Positions 29,197 through 36,773 of a stretch of 36,773 bases of DNA are shown here, piece by piece. Each line of letters starts with the position of its first letter. Position 1 is the stretch's first letter. Source of the DNA: an uncultured Acidobacteriaceae bacterium (lineage in GTDB: Bacteria > Acidobacteriota > Terriglobia > Terriglobales > Acidobacteriaceae); contig CAXSDM010000001.1 of assembly GCA_964235575.1 (NCBI GenBank), forward strand, positions 72,863 through 109,635. Direction: 5' to 3'. A program made the translations under genes and the position numbers. The notes below the pieces were generated by a model that was not told the DNA's origin, did no database searches, and saw only the letters and a program-made list of their open reading frames with translations.

Positions 29197-29235
29197 ATCA
29201 TATGTGGTACAAGACGGAAAAGTCAACGGGTGAAT
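29197..29235 (-). promoter_or_regulatory. TonB-receptor promoter TTGACT-N18-TATGAT overlapped by operator copy 4 (AGTCAACGGGTGAAT)
   Basis: Minus strand: -35 at 29226-29221 and -10 at 29202-29197. The operator at 29221-29235 is 14/15 identical to copy 1. Confidence 0.7.
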
Positions 29236-29468
29236 CTGTAACGCAAAAGCGCGATCTCTCGCATCTCAAAGACGACCCGCGGTATCAGCTCAAGCGCTTT
29301 CGGCGTGGGCACCAAGCGCTTCCCCGCACGAACAAAAACAGGATCTCCCAACATCTTTCTTGCGCGCAAAAGTGTTCTGCTCATCACCGGTGCGCTCAAC
29401 CCCATCTTTTCACCAGCCACGGTCACACTCTCTTCGCGTAACAGGACATCGACATCGGTCAGCCTCAT
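29223..29468 (-). pseudogene. LysR-family regulator remnant (HTH only)
   Basis: DVLLREESVT.AG..MGLSAP.MSRTL.R.RK.LGDP.FVR.G..LVPTPKALEL; no substrate-binding domain follows. Confidence 0.8.
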
Positions 29469-29658
29469 CGGTGAGAAGCAGCGCCTCATCGATGCACAAA
29501 GTAAGATACAAACGGCATCTTTTGGCTTGAAGCGCATTCTGAACTTACCGGACGCTCAGCCCACCGACCTGAGGGATACGAACCTCTTTACTTAAGCGCC
29601 TGAAATCAACTTTTCAGACACGGTCGCAATGGCGCTTGATCAGCGTGCTGAGTTGCAG

Positions 29659-30060
29659 TCACTGTCGGCACAGGTTGACGCCGCGAGCCTTCTGAAGTGC
29701 GAAGAGTTCCAGCATACCGTCGATGCGGGGAGCAAACTCGCTCACTCGCAGACCGCGAAGTTGCGCGACCATGGTCAGGTATTCCATGCCGGAAAGGTGT
29801 GTGTAAAGGTATGGCTCTTCTGGGACGTACCCGAAGCAACGCCTGTAGCCCATCAAGTCGTCTTCGATAGGTTTGCTTCGGTAAAGTACCTTGCCGAGGG
29901 TAGGCTCGAGAAGACCCGTGATGATCTTCATGGTGGTAGATTTACCGGCGCCATTCGACCCAAGATAGCCGGTTACCTCGCCGGCGCGTGCGCAGAAAGA
30001 CACTTCTTCAACAGCAGGGATGCCGGAGAACAGCTTGCGGATTTTAAGCAATTCAAGCAA
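29659..30060 (-). pseudogene. Truncated ABC transporter ATP-binding protein
   Basis: TTG start after GGAGGT; Walker A (GSNGAGKST) and Q-loop (GYVPEE) present. Similarity to the 31738 paralog stops before the signature and Walker B motifs. Confidence 0.85.
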
Positions 30061-30092
30061 TGGTTTACCTCCAGATACGTCCTGAATCCGCT

Positions 30093-31745
30093 TTAGCTGA
30101 GGTTGAGAAGTTGGATTTCGCTTTCGTAGCCTTGCATCTCTTCTTCGACTTCGTCGGGACCGGTGCGGAGGTGGTTGACGCCGAGGTGGACGGCGGCGGT
30201 GCCCAGGACGAGGTAGAGCAGCCTGAAGACATCGCGTTCCCACTGGAGTTCGAGCGAGACGACGGCGAAGACGAAGAGGGGAAAGAGGCCGAGGTAGAGG
30301 GTGAGGACGAGAGGCAGGCTGGTGCGGCCGGGTAGCCGCGGCTGGTTGAAGGGAACGCTGCGATAGAGCGCGAAGAAGAGATCGACCAGCAGGATGCAGA
30401 GGCAGAACCCGGCGACGAGCTGGACGAACAACACGCGTGGGCTTGCGCGTTGGATGACGAGGAGGGCAAGAACGCCGGCCAGGAGGAGAACCGCGCAGAG
30501 TCTGACCCAGCGTCGGCCGGCGTCGGCGCATGTGCTCACCGGGACGGCGGTGATCCGGAAGATCCAGCCGGCAGGCAGGTTTAAGGGAAAGGCGAAAGCT
30601 GCACGCAGGCCGGCGACGATCCAGAACAGGAGCAGGGGCAGCACAGCGTGGAGGCCCTCGTTTGAGATGGCAAGCGCGACGCTGTGACCGTTGGTATCAA
30701 GAGTGAGTGCGCAGGCAAGGGCCAGACTGAGGCCTGAGCCGGCATAGAGGGCGAGGTAGACCTGGTAGTGGTTGTTGCGCGCAAGGGTTTGTCCGATGAA
30801 GACCAGGATGCCTCGCCCTCCCGGGGTGCGGGCGATCCGATCGAGCAGCAATACCAACCAACGTGGCTGAGCGGGCCGGATCTGCGATGTGCCTTCAATG
30901 GCCATGGTGCGCATGCGCGCCCAGGCGAGAGGGTAGGTCACGACAACCAATAGGAAGGCTGCGAGGGTTCCGCGCAGGGCGTAGCGGGTCATCTCGGATG
31001 CGAAGGCGGGGGCCTGGTCGCCGTGAAGGAGCCGCTCGTAGAGGCCAAGGAACCAGAGCGGCGGAAAATACCGGGCGGTGTGCGCCTGATCGGTAAGCAA
31101 AGCCGGGAGGGCGGTGCTGTACTTGGCATAGTGCACGATGAGCAGGAGCAGGGTGGTGATCGAGAGCATCTGCACCAGGGGTGAGAGGCTGCGATAGCGG
31201 CGTGCGCCAAGCACGCAGAGCAGAATGCCGCTGAAGGCGAGAAAGCAGAGCGCGGCAAAGGTGCCGGCGAGCAGGACGGCCGCGGCGTGGGCATAAAGGT
31301 GCCGATAGAAGCTCATCTTGCTGATGGCGGGCAGGAGCAGAATTCCAAAGACATTTGAGCTGACCAGGAAGAGGGCGAGGAAGGCCAGCAGCGCGGAGAT
31401 CTTGGCGCGGAGCATCTGGAGCGGCCGGATGGGCAGCGGCGAGAGGATGAGGAAATCCCAGCGATCGGGAAAGAGCATCTCCCACTCAAAGAGGCTGACG
31501 CCGCCGAGGGCGACGAAGGAGAACAGGACGAAGAAGTATTGATCCTCGATGGCTCCCCACGCGGTACGCCCGGGGTAGGCGGACTGGAGGAAGAACGCGA
31601 CCATCAGGCTGGGGACTGCCGTGGCCGCGAGGGCGCGGACGACTGTGGTGAGGGTCTCGGCTTCGATCTCGCGGGTGTCGCTGTCGAAAAAACGGCGGAA
31701 GAAGTGGGCAAGGAGAACACGGGAAACTCGCTGGGTTTCAGCCAT
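30093..31745 (-). CDS. Polytopic membrane protein, probable ABC permease
   Basis: Many hydrophobic segments and D..IL.PLPI motif; overlaps the upstream ATPase stop. Confidence 0.8.
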   Translation of the reverse strand: MAETQRVSRVLLAHFFRRFFDSDTREIEAETLTTVVRALAATAVPSLMVAFFLQSAYPGRTAWGAIEDQYFFVLFSFVALGGVSLFEWEMLFPDRWDFLILSPLPIRPLQMLRAKISALLAFLALFLVSSNVFGILLLPAISKMSFYRHLYAHAAAVLLAGTFAALCFLAFSGILLCVLGARRYRSLSPLVQMLSITTLLLLIVHYAKYSTALPALLTDQAHTARYFPPLWFLGLYERLLHGDQAPAFASEMTRYALRGTLAAFLLVVVTYPLAWARMRTMAIEGTSQIRPAQPRWLVLLLDRIARTPGGRGILVFIGQTLARNNHYQVYLALYAGSGLSLALACALTLDTNGHSVALAISNEGLHAVLPLLLFWIVAGLRAAFAFPLNLPAGWIFRITAVPVSTCADAGRRWVRLCAVLLLAGVLALLVIQRASPRVLFVQLVAGFCLCILLVDLFFALYRSVPFNQPRLPGRTSLPLVLTLYLGLFPLFVFAVVSLELQWERDVFRLLYLVLGTAAVHLGVNHLRTGPDEVEEEMQGYESEIQLLNLS

Positions 31746-32511
31746 GACGCACCTTCATAAGGTCGACCATCTGCCGTGCGACCTGTTCGGTGTTGGTCTG
31801 CTTTACCAGTTGGGTAAAGACGCTTTCGAGTGTGGGAAGATGCATCAGCCGGGTGAGCTCGGTAGGTGCGGCGTCGGCGACGACCTTGCCCCTGGCGAGG
31901 ACGATGACCCGATTGCAGACGCGCTCGACGACCTCGAGCACGTGCGAGATGTAGAGAATGGCCTTTCCTTCCTCGGCGAGCAGGACAAGGAGATCTTTGA
32001 AGAGGCGGGCTGAGACGGCGTCAAGACCCGAGAGAGGCTCGTCGAAAACGATAAGCGTGGGATTGTGGAGCAGGGCTGCGGCGATGAGGACTCGCTGCTT
32101 CATGCCCTTCGAATAATCAGAAAGGGCGGAGTACTGGGCGGCTTCAAGCGAGAGCAGATGGAGCAGGGTGCGCGCCTTGGTCTCGATCACTTTCTCGTCG
32201 AGCCCCCGGAGACGGCCGATGAGCTGAAGGTACTCGAGGCCGGAGAGATGGGTGTAGACCTGGGCCTCCTCAGGAACATAGCCGAGATGGGCTCGATACG
32301 CAGCTAGGTCATCGTGGATGTTGCGGCCGGCGAAGAGGACCTTGCCGTGGGTCGGCTTAATCATGCCGATCACCATCTTGACGGTGGTGGATTTGCCGGA
32401 GCCGTTGGGTCCGAGATAGCCCAGGACTTCGCCTGGCTTGAGCTCGAAGCTGACGTTTTCAACGGCTGGGATGCTGCGATAAGTCTTGGACACGTTGAGG
32501 AGCTGGAGCAT
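31738..32511 (-). CDS. ABC transporter ATP-binding protein (exporter type)
   Basis: GPNGSGKST, YSKGMKQR, IVFDEPLSGLD and ISH; start MLQLLNV. Confidence 0.93.
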   Translation of the reverse strand: MLQLLNVSKTYRSIPAVENVSFELKPGEVLGYLGPNGSGKSTTVKMVIGMIKPTHGKVLFAGRNIHDDLAAYRAHLGYVPEEAQVYTHLSGLEYLQLIGRLRGLDEKVIETKARTLLHLLSLEAAQYSALSDYSKGMKQRVLIAAALLHNPTLIVFDEPLSGLDAVSARLFKDLLVLLAEEGKAILYISHVLEVVERVCNRVIVLARGKVVADAAPTELTRLMHLPTLESVFTQLVKQTNTEQVARQMVDLMKVRHG

Positions 32512-32521
32512 AATCACCCCC

Positions 32522-32571
32522 CTATGTAGTTTTCTACTACCTGCTGGAATGAGTGATAGCATACTACATAG
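32522..32571. promoter_or_regulatory. Inverted boxes CTATGTAGT...ACTACATAG (candidate PadR operators)
   Basis: Exact 9-bp inverted repeat at 32522-32530 and 32563-32571 in the 64-nt divergent spacer. Confidence 0.6.
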
Positions 32572-32575
32572 TGTT

Positions 32576-32890
32576 ATGACAACTCCTCCTAGCCCAATTC
32601 GTTTATCCCACAGTGCGGCGCTCATCTTGAAAGCCGTCAGCCTGGGGTACTGCTTTGGGCTGGATGTGATGGAGGCGACAGGGTTGCCGAGTGGGACGGT
32701 GTACCCGGCGCTCCGTCGGCTGGAGCGGGACGAGTTGGTGGAATCCAAATGGGAGGCAGAGGATGAGGCGATGAGCAGCAATCGTCCCGCCCGCCGTTAT
32801 TACGACGTGACCTCGGCCGGGAAGGCTGCGGCGCTCGCAGCGACCGAGCGGTATCCGCTGCTCGCACAGTTTGTTCTGGAGAAGCGCTGA
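32576..32890 (+). CDS. PadR-family transcriptional regulator
   Basis: GLPSGTVYPALRRLE...VESKWE and RPARRYY..T.AG. Confidence 0.92.
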   Translation: MTTPPSPIRLSHSAALILKAVSLGYCFGLDVMEATGLPSGTVYPALRRLERDELVESKWEAEDEAMSSNRPARRYYDVTSAGKAAALAATERYPLLAQFVLEKR

Positions 32891-33732
32891 TGAATGGCTT
32901 GGAACCGGGATTGCCGCGGTGGACGTGCAGCCTCTTGCAAATAGTGGGCCGACTGGTGCCCTTCGCTGAACGTGCCGAGTGGTGGCGAAGCTGGCATGCC
33001 GAACTTTGGCATGCACATCATCCCCGGAGATATCGCAGCACGTGTACGATCACGGATCTTCTGATCGGTGTCGCGGCCGATGCGCTCTGGATCCGGACAG
33101 AGAGCTGGAAGCGAAGACTGCGTGGGACGGCTAGCCTGTGCCTGATGGTGCTTCTGAGCTCAAGCATGCTCGCGTTGCTGATCGGAGCGCTAATGAGTGG
33201 GGGATGGAGACCCCTGGAAGGGTACCTGGCTGCACACATGTCCTGCTCGCTGGTCGGGTCTGTGCTGGTCGTGTTTGTAGCGTTTGCGACGTCCCCGCCG
33301 AAGCCTCAGGAGCGGAGTTCCGCCCACGCGGTGAGCGTGCTCCTGACACGGCGGCTGTTCTTCGGTCTCAAAGTGTTGCTCGTGCTTCTACTCGCTTTCT
33401 TCCTGAGTGTGGATCTCTCGATCACGCTCCACCGCGAACTTCCGAACACGGCAGATCTCTTCCAGGTGCTGGACTGCGTTGTGCTTGCGCTGGTCGGCTT
33501 GCGTTGGGCGTTGCAAGATCAGGAATTGCGCTGCAAGCGCTGCCTGAGGATGTTAACCGCGCCTGCCCGGGTCGGACGCCCGTCCCGTAATCTGCTTGAA
33601 TGGAACGGCACGGAGCTGCGTTGTGAATGGGGGCATGGCCTGCTCAGTGTGCCGGAGATGGAGACCAGCTGGGGTGGGTCGAGCCGGTGGATCGAGCGAA
33701 AGCACGCCTGGAATGAAGTGGCTCATACTTAG
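32890..33732 (+). CDS. Membrane protein of unknown function with C-terminal CxxC-x26-CxxGH motif
   Basis: TGATG coupling to padR, about 4 hydrophobic segments, and CKRC...CEWGHG. Confidence 0.75.
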   Translation: MNGLEPGLPRWTCSLLQIVGRLVPFAERAEWWRSWHAELWHAHHPRRYRSTCTITDLLIGVAADALWIRTESWKRRLRGTASLCLMVLLSSSMLALLIGALMSGGWRPLEGYLAAHMSCSLVGSVLVVFVAFATSPPKPQERSSAHAVSVLLTRRLFFGLKVLLVLLLAFFLSVDLSITLHRELPNTADLFQVLDCVVLALVGLRWALQDQELRCKRCLRMLTAPARVGRPSRNLLEWNGTELRCEWGHGLLSVPEMETSWGGSSRWIERKHAWNEVAHT

Positions 33733-33899
33733 CGCGCACATGCAACTTGGCTCGGTCTAACCGAAGTTGCCGATCCGAATTCCCGGCGATCAGGGCATGG
33801 CAAACAGGATTTTCATGAGCAGAGGAGTTACCCAAACCACCCAGGCTGAAGCTGTTGTCTACTCCGGCCCTCGCATTCCCTGTGTGCTTCTCATATTCT

Positions 33900-34181
33900 G
33901 TGCGTCAGATCGTCGCCACACTTTGCGTGCTCGCCGCGTCCTCCGCCTTCGCCCAAAGCGCAACGACCCCACTCGCCTTCGACGTCGCTTCGGTCCGGCC
34001 CAGCAAGCCCGGCTCTCCGCAGTACAACAATGTTCCTCTCGACGCTGGGAATGTCTACTCCAGTATCAGACCTGACGACACCCGCACTGCCGGCGGCGGT
34101 TTATTCATTGCCACCCACCAGGCATTCTGGCGTTACATCGCATTCGCCTATCGACTCTCCGGCCAGCAGCGGCCTATCTGA
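33900..34181 (+). pseudogene. TIGR03435-like acidobacterial protein, N-terminal fragment
   Basis: Signal peptide (AFAQ), AFDVASVRP and IAFAY motifs, then an early stop at about 93 aa. Confidence 0.7.
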
Positions 34182-34532
34182 CGAGCGCCAACTCCATGAT
34201 CGATGGCGGAGCCATTTCGGTCGGCTAGCGATGTCGATCAAGTATTGAGGGCCGGGTTTGCGTTTCGAGGCCAGGCCGGCTTTCAAAACAATCTCTTACG
34301 AAAAGCATAAAAGGTGCCATTTGGTTTCTTGTGGTCAGTGACGAAGCGCACATGATCCTCGCCTCAACGAACCCTTGCAGTCGCGCGACGGACCATACAT
34401 CCTCAGGACAGCTACACGTCCCAGAAATTGATCTCACGCACGATAACCTTTCTCCATACCGGCCTACCTCCCGCATGACGGCCTTGTAGAATCGATCTAT
34501 CCGGTTTTCCACCACCAAGAGGGCCACGGACC

Positions 34533-35957
34533 ATGCGCATTTCGACGTTCGCAACACTGGCTGCTGCCGCGTTCTGCTCGGCAGCCATGGCCCAGACCGC
34601 ACCGCAAACCTTCAGCTCCTACATCGCCAATGGCGATTCCATCACCTTTGGCTACCCCCTCGCGGCCAGCCGCTATCCCAACCTGGTCGCCAGCCGGCTT
34701 GGCATTCCGTCCCTGAACGTGACGGCAAACATTGGAGACCAGGCCTGTGACGTCTTCCCGCGGGCGCTCTACCCTGGCAGCATCACCGTGCAAGGCTCCG
34801 GGCAGCAGCTGCTCTCGTTGATGATCGGCACCAACGACGTCGACAAGAAGGGAATCGGACCCTACGAAGCGACCTACCGTCTTTGCCACACGGCCCTGCT
34901 TGCCTTCCTCGCCATTCCGTCGACCAGCCTGGTACGTGGCGGCAACGCCAATGTCTCCGGCACGGGCGCCTGGAGCGCCGCGGCGGACACCGGCAACCCG
35001 GCCTTCACCTTCGGAGGCATGTATGCGCCGGCCGCGGGAACCCTGACGTTTTCGCTCGGCGCCGTCTCCGGTCCTACGCCAACCTACATCCTCTACTCCA
35101 TCGACGATGCCGCGGCCCCCGCCGCCGCCTTCACGGTAAGCGACGAGAAAGGCACGGTCCTGGCAACGGCCAGCGCCCTGCCGCCCGTCGCGATGGCGAC
35201 CGCCAACGGGACCACCCAGAGCCTGGGCGTTGTGCGCGTTGTTCGAGCACCGGGAACATCGCAGCTGATCGCCTCAACGTCTGCCGGCGGCGTGTCCATC
35301 TATGGCGTGGGCAGCATTCCCGTACCCGCCGCCTCCGGGGCGCAGGTCATCCTTTCGGCCGATGTGCCCAACCAGCTGCAGGGAAACCCGATCGCTACCC
35401 CTGCGCAGATCGCCGCCTACAACGCCGACATCGCCGCGGACGAGGCGATCGTACGCGCGGATGGAGCCTCGATCGCCCATGTCTACGACGATCTCTACAT
35501 GCTGGGCACGCCGGCCGAGATGAACAACGGAGACCAGCTTCACCTCAGCGCGCTGGGGGACGCGAACATGGCGTCGGCCTTTGTCGCAGCCGTGCCCGTA
35601 GTGGCGCAGGCCGCTGCGCCCGCCATGCCGCTGACCGGCGGCTCGCTGCAGGTGGCGACCAACGAATACTCGCAATACTGCACCGGATCCTGCACGGTCG
35701 GCCCGAACGTGTCCGAGGTGGTCACCTACGGAGACACGACCGTGATGCTGCCGGCGCCTGCAACGGGCTACCCGACGCAGCGTATTACGGTCATCAGCTT
35801 TGCAGGAGGAACAGCCACCCTGGCCTTACCGGCAGGATGGTCGTTTTACGGCGCGGCCGGCGGCTCCGTCTCGGCTCCCGCCGGCCATTCGGTCACGGTG
35901 CAGAGTTTCAATCAGAACGGCACAACGCATGCATGGTTCCAAACGGCTGCTTTCTGA
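34533..35957 (+). CDS. Secreted SGNH/GDSL-family hydrolase with extra beta-rich domains
   Basis: Signal peptide (AMAQ); block I GDSITFG, block III MIGTND and block V DQLHLSALG. Confidence 0.8.
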   Translation: MRISTFATLAAAAFCSAAMAQTAPQTFSSYIANGDSITFGYPLAASRYPNLVASRLGIPSLNVTANIGDQACDVFPRALYPGSITVQGSGQQLLSLMIGTNDVDKKGIGPYEATYRLCHTALLAFLAIPSTSLVRGGNANVSGTGAWSAAADTGNPAFTFGGMYAPAAGTLTFSLGAVSGPTPTYILYSIDDAAAPAAAFTVSDEKGTVLATASALPPVAMATANGTTQSLGVVRVVRAPGTSQLIASTSAGGVSIYGVGSIPVPAASGAQVILSADVPNQLQGNPIATPAQIAAYNADIAADEAIVRADGASIAHVYDDLYMLGTPAEMNNGDQLHLSALGDANMASAFVAAVPVVAQAAAPAMPLTGGSLQVATNEYSQYCTGSCTVGPNVSEVVTYGDTTVMLPAPATGYPTQRITVISFAGGTATLALPAGWSFYGAAGGSVSAPAGHSVTVQSFNQNGTTHAWFQTAAF

Positions 35958-36177
35958 GCCGCGAGCAAAAAGAGAGCGCTCTCCGCTGTACGACCTAAAC
36001 GCAGCGGGCCAAAGACAGCACCGTCGAAGAGTTCAGCCAAAGACTCATCGCTCATGGAGTGCCGGAGCAGGCCATCCAGCAAGCCGTCGCCGAGATGAGA
36101 ACCGCAAGGTGGGCCGAGGTGAATGAGGACGCGACTAGAAGAAAACGACATCGCGCTATGCAGCCTACCCGGTAAGC

Positions 36178-36208
36178 CGTCATTCTGGAGAAGCCAGAAT
36201 CTCCGTAG
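36178..36208. repeat. REP-like palindromic element
   Basis: CGTC-ATTCTGG-AGAAG-CCAGAAT-CTCCGTAG hairpin just downstream of the photolyase stop; single copy in this window. Confidence 0.4.
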
Positions 36209-36236
36209 TTCTTCCTGAAGGAGCAGCCATCTCTCC

Positions 36237-36773
36237 TCAGCCCTTCCGCAGCGCCTGCATCTGCGCAATATACGCCTTCGAATCGAACTTCTTCCCCGTA
36301 CTCACCCCCGACATATACCGGATCTTCCCAAACACCGGCCGCTCCCCCCAGGCACGGTCGAACTTCCCCACCATCGACCACGCCAGCCCCGAGTACCCAT
36401 TCGGGTCCCGCCCATCCAGAAAGTATTTGTCGTTCAGATACACCCCATACTTCATCGCCGTCGCCACATCCGGAGTCCACTCCAGAATCTTCTTGCCCCA
36501 GTACATCCGCATGTAGTTATGCATCCAGCCGTTCTCCACCATCTGGATCTGCGCCGCATTCCAAAGCTCGTCATACGTCTCTGCGGCCTCCAGCTGCTCC
36601 AGGCTGTAGATCGGGTTGCGTATGTCATGCTCGTGCAAGGCAATCGTCTTCTTCGCCCAGTCCTCCGCGCACTCGGCCGAGTCGTAAAGCGGGTTGTACT
36701 TCACGAAGTTGATCGAGAGCTCCCGCCACGCAATCAGCTCGTTGAAGTAGCTCTCCTTCGCCTCCTTCAGCTC
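36237..36773 (-). CDS. phr: Class II CPD photolyase, C-terminal part (5' end outside the window)
   Basis: ELIAWRELS.NF, WNAAQ, GWMHNYMRMYWGKKILEW, DGRDPNGY and FGKIRYMS; open frame to the window edge. Confidence 0.93.
   Translation of the reverse strand, partial: ELKEAKESYFNELIAWRELSINFVKYNPLYDSAECAEDWAKKTIALHEHDIRNPIYSLEQLEAAETYDELWNAAQIQMVENGWMHNYMRMYWGKKILEWTPDVATAMKYGVYLNDKYFLDGRDPNGYSGLAWSMVGKFDRAWGERPVFGKIRYMSGVSTGKKFDSKAYIAQMQALRKG

Noticed and set aside
1553-29233. Exact 13-bp direct repeat AGTCAACGGGTGA at 1553 and 29221 as attL/attR of an integrated island
   Set aside because: The same palindromic motif also occurs internally at 4750 and 21332 in promoter positions, and there is no integrase or tRNA, so an operator explains it better. 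Not fully excluded without an empty-site genome.
29659-30531. 290-aa ORF as a novel fusion to an ABC ATPase
   Set aside because: The Arg/Pro-rich N-terminal half is an alternative frame of the permease gene. The real start is the TTG at 30060 with a GGAGGT RBS.
1-36773. CRISPR arrays, tRNA/rRNA, retron/DGR or other defence systems
   Set aside because: No regularly spaced repeats, structural RNA signatures, reverse transcriptase or nuclease genes were seen.

Overview
High-GC bacterial window, most likely from an Acidobacteriota genome (inferred from an acidobacterial-type TonB-dependent receptor, a TIGR03435-like fragment and a PadR/ABC module). About 27.6 kb (1553-29235) forms an aromatic-catabolism block. 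Its core is a complete aerobic phenylacetyl-CoA pathway: divergent paaX, then paaABCDE-F-Z-G-H-I-K-J-Y. Around it sit genes not in the canonical paa set: two HpcH/HpaI-type aldolases, a cupin, a FadR/GntR regulator, a type-B carboxylesterase, an MFS transporter, a fused E1/E2 2-oxoacid dehydrogenase, SnoaL and GlcG proteins, and a TonB-dependent receptor. The main observation is a 15-bp palindrome, AGTCA-N5-TGACT, found in all four promoter regions of these flanking units. It suggests one co-regulated, apparently undescribed upper pathway feeding phenylpyruvate/phenylacetate into paa; a pulvinic/vulpinic-acid-type substrate is one testable hypothesis. The block is bordered by decayed genes: a frameshifted TetX-like monooxygenase and an IS110 fragment on the left, and a LysR stub and truncated ABC ATPase on the right. 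The right end holds a PadR/ABC module, a secreted SGNH protein and a partial class II photolyase. No rRNA, tRNA or CRISPR array was seen.
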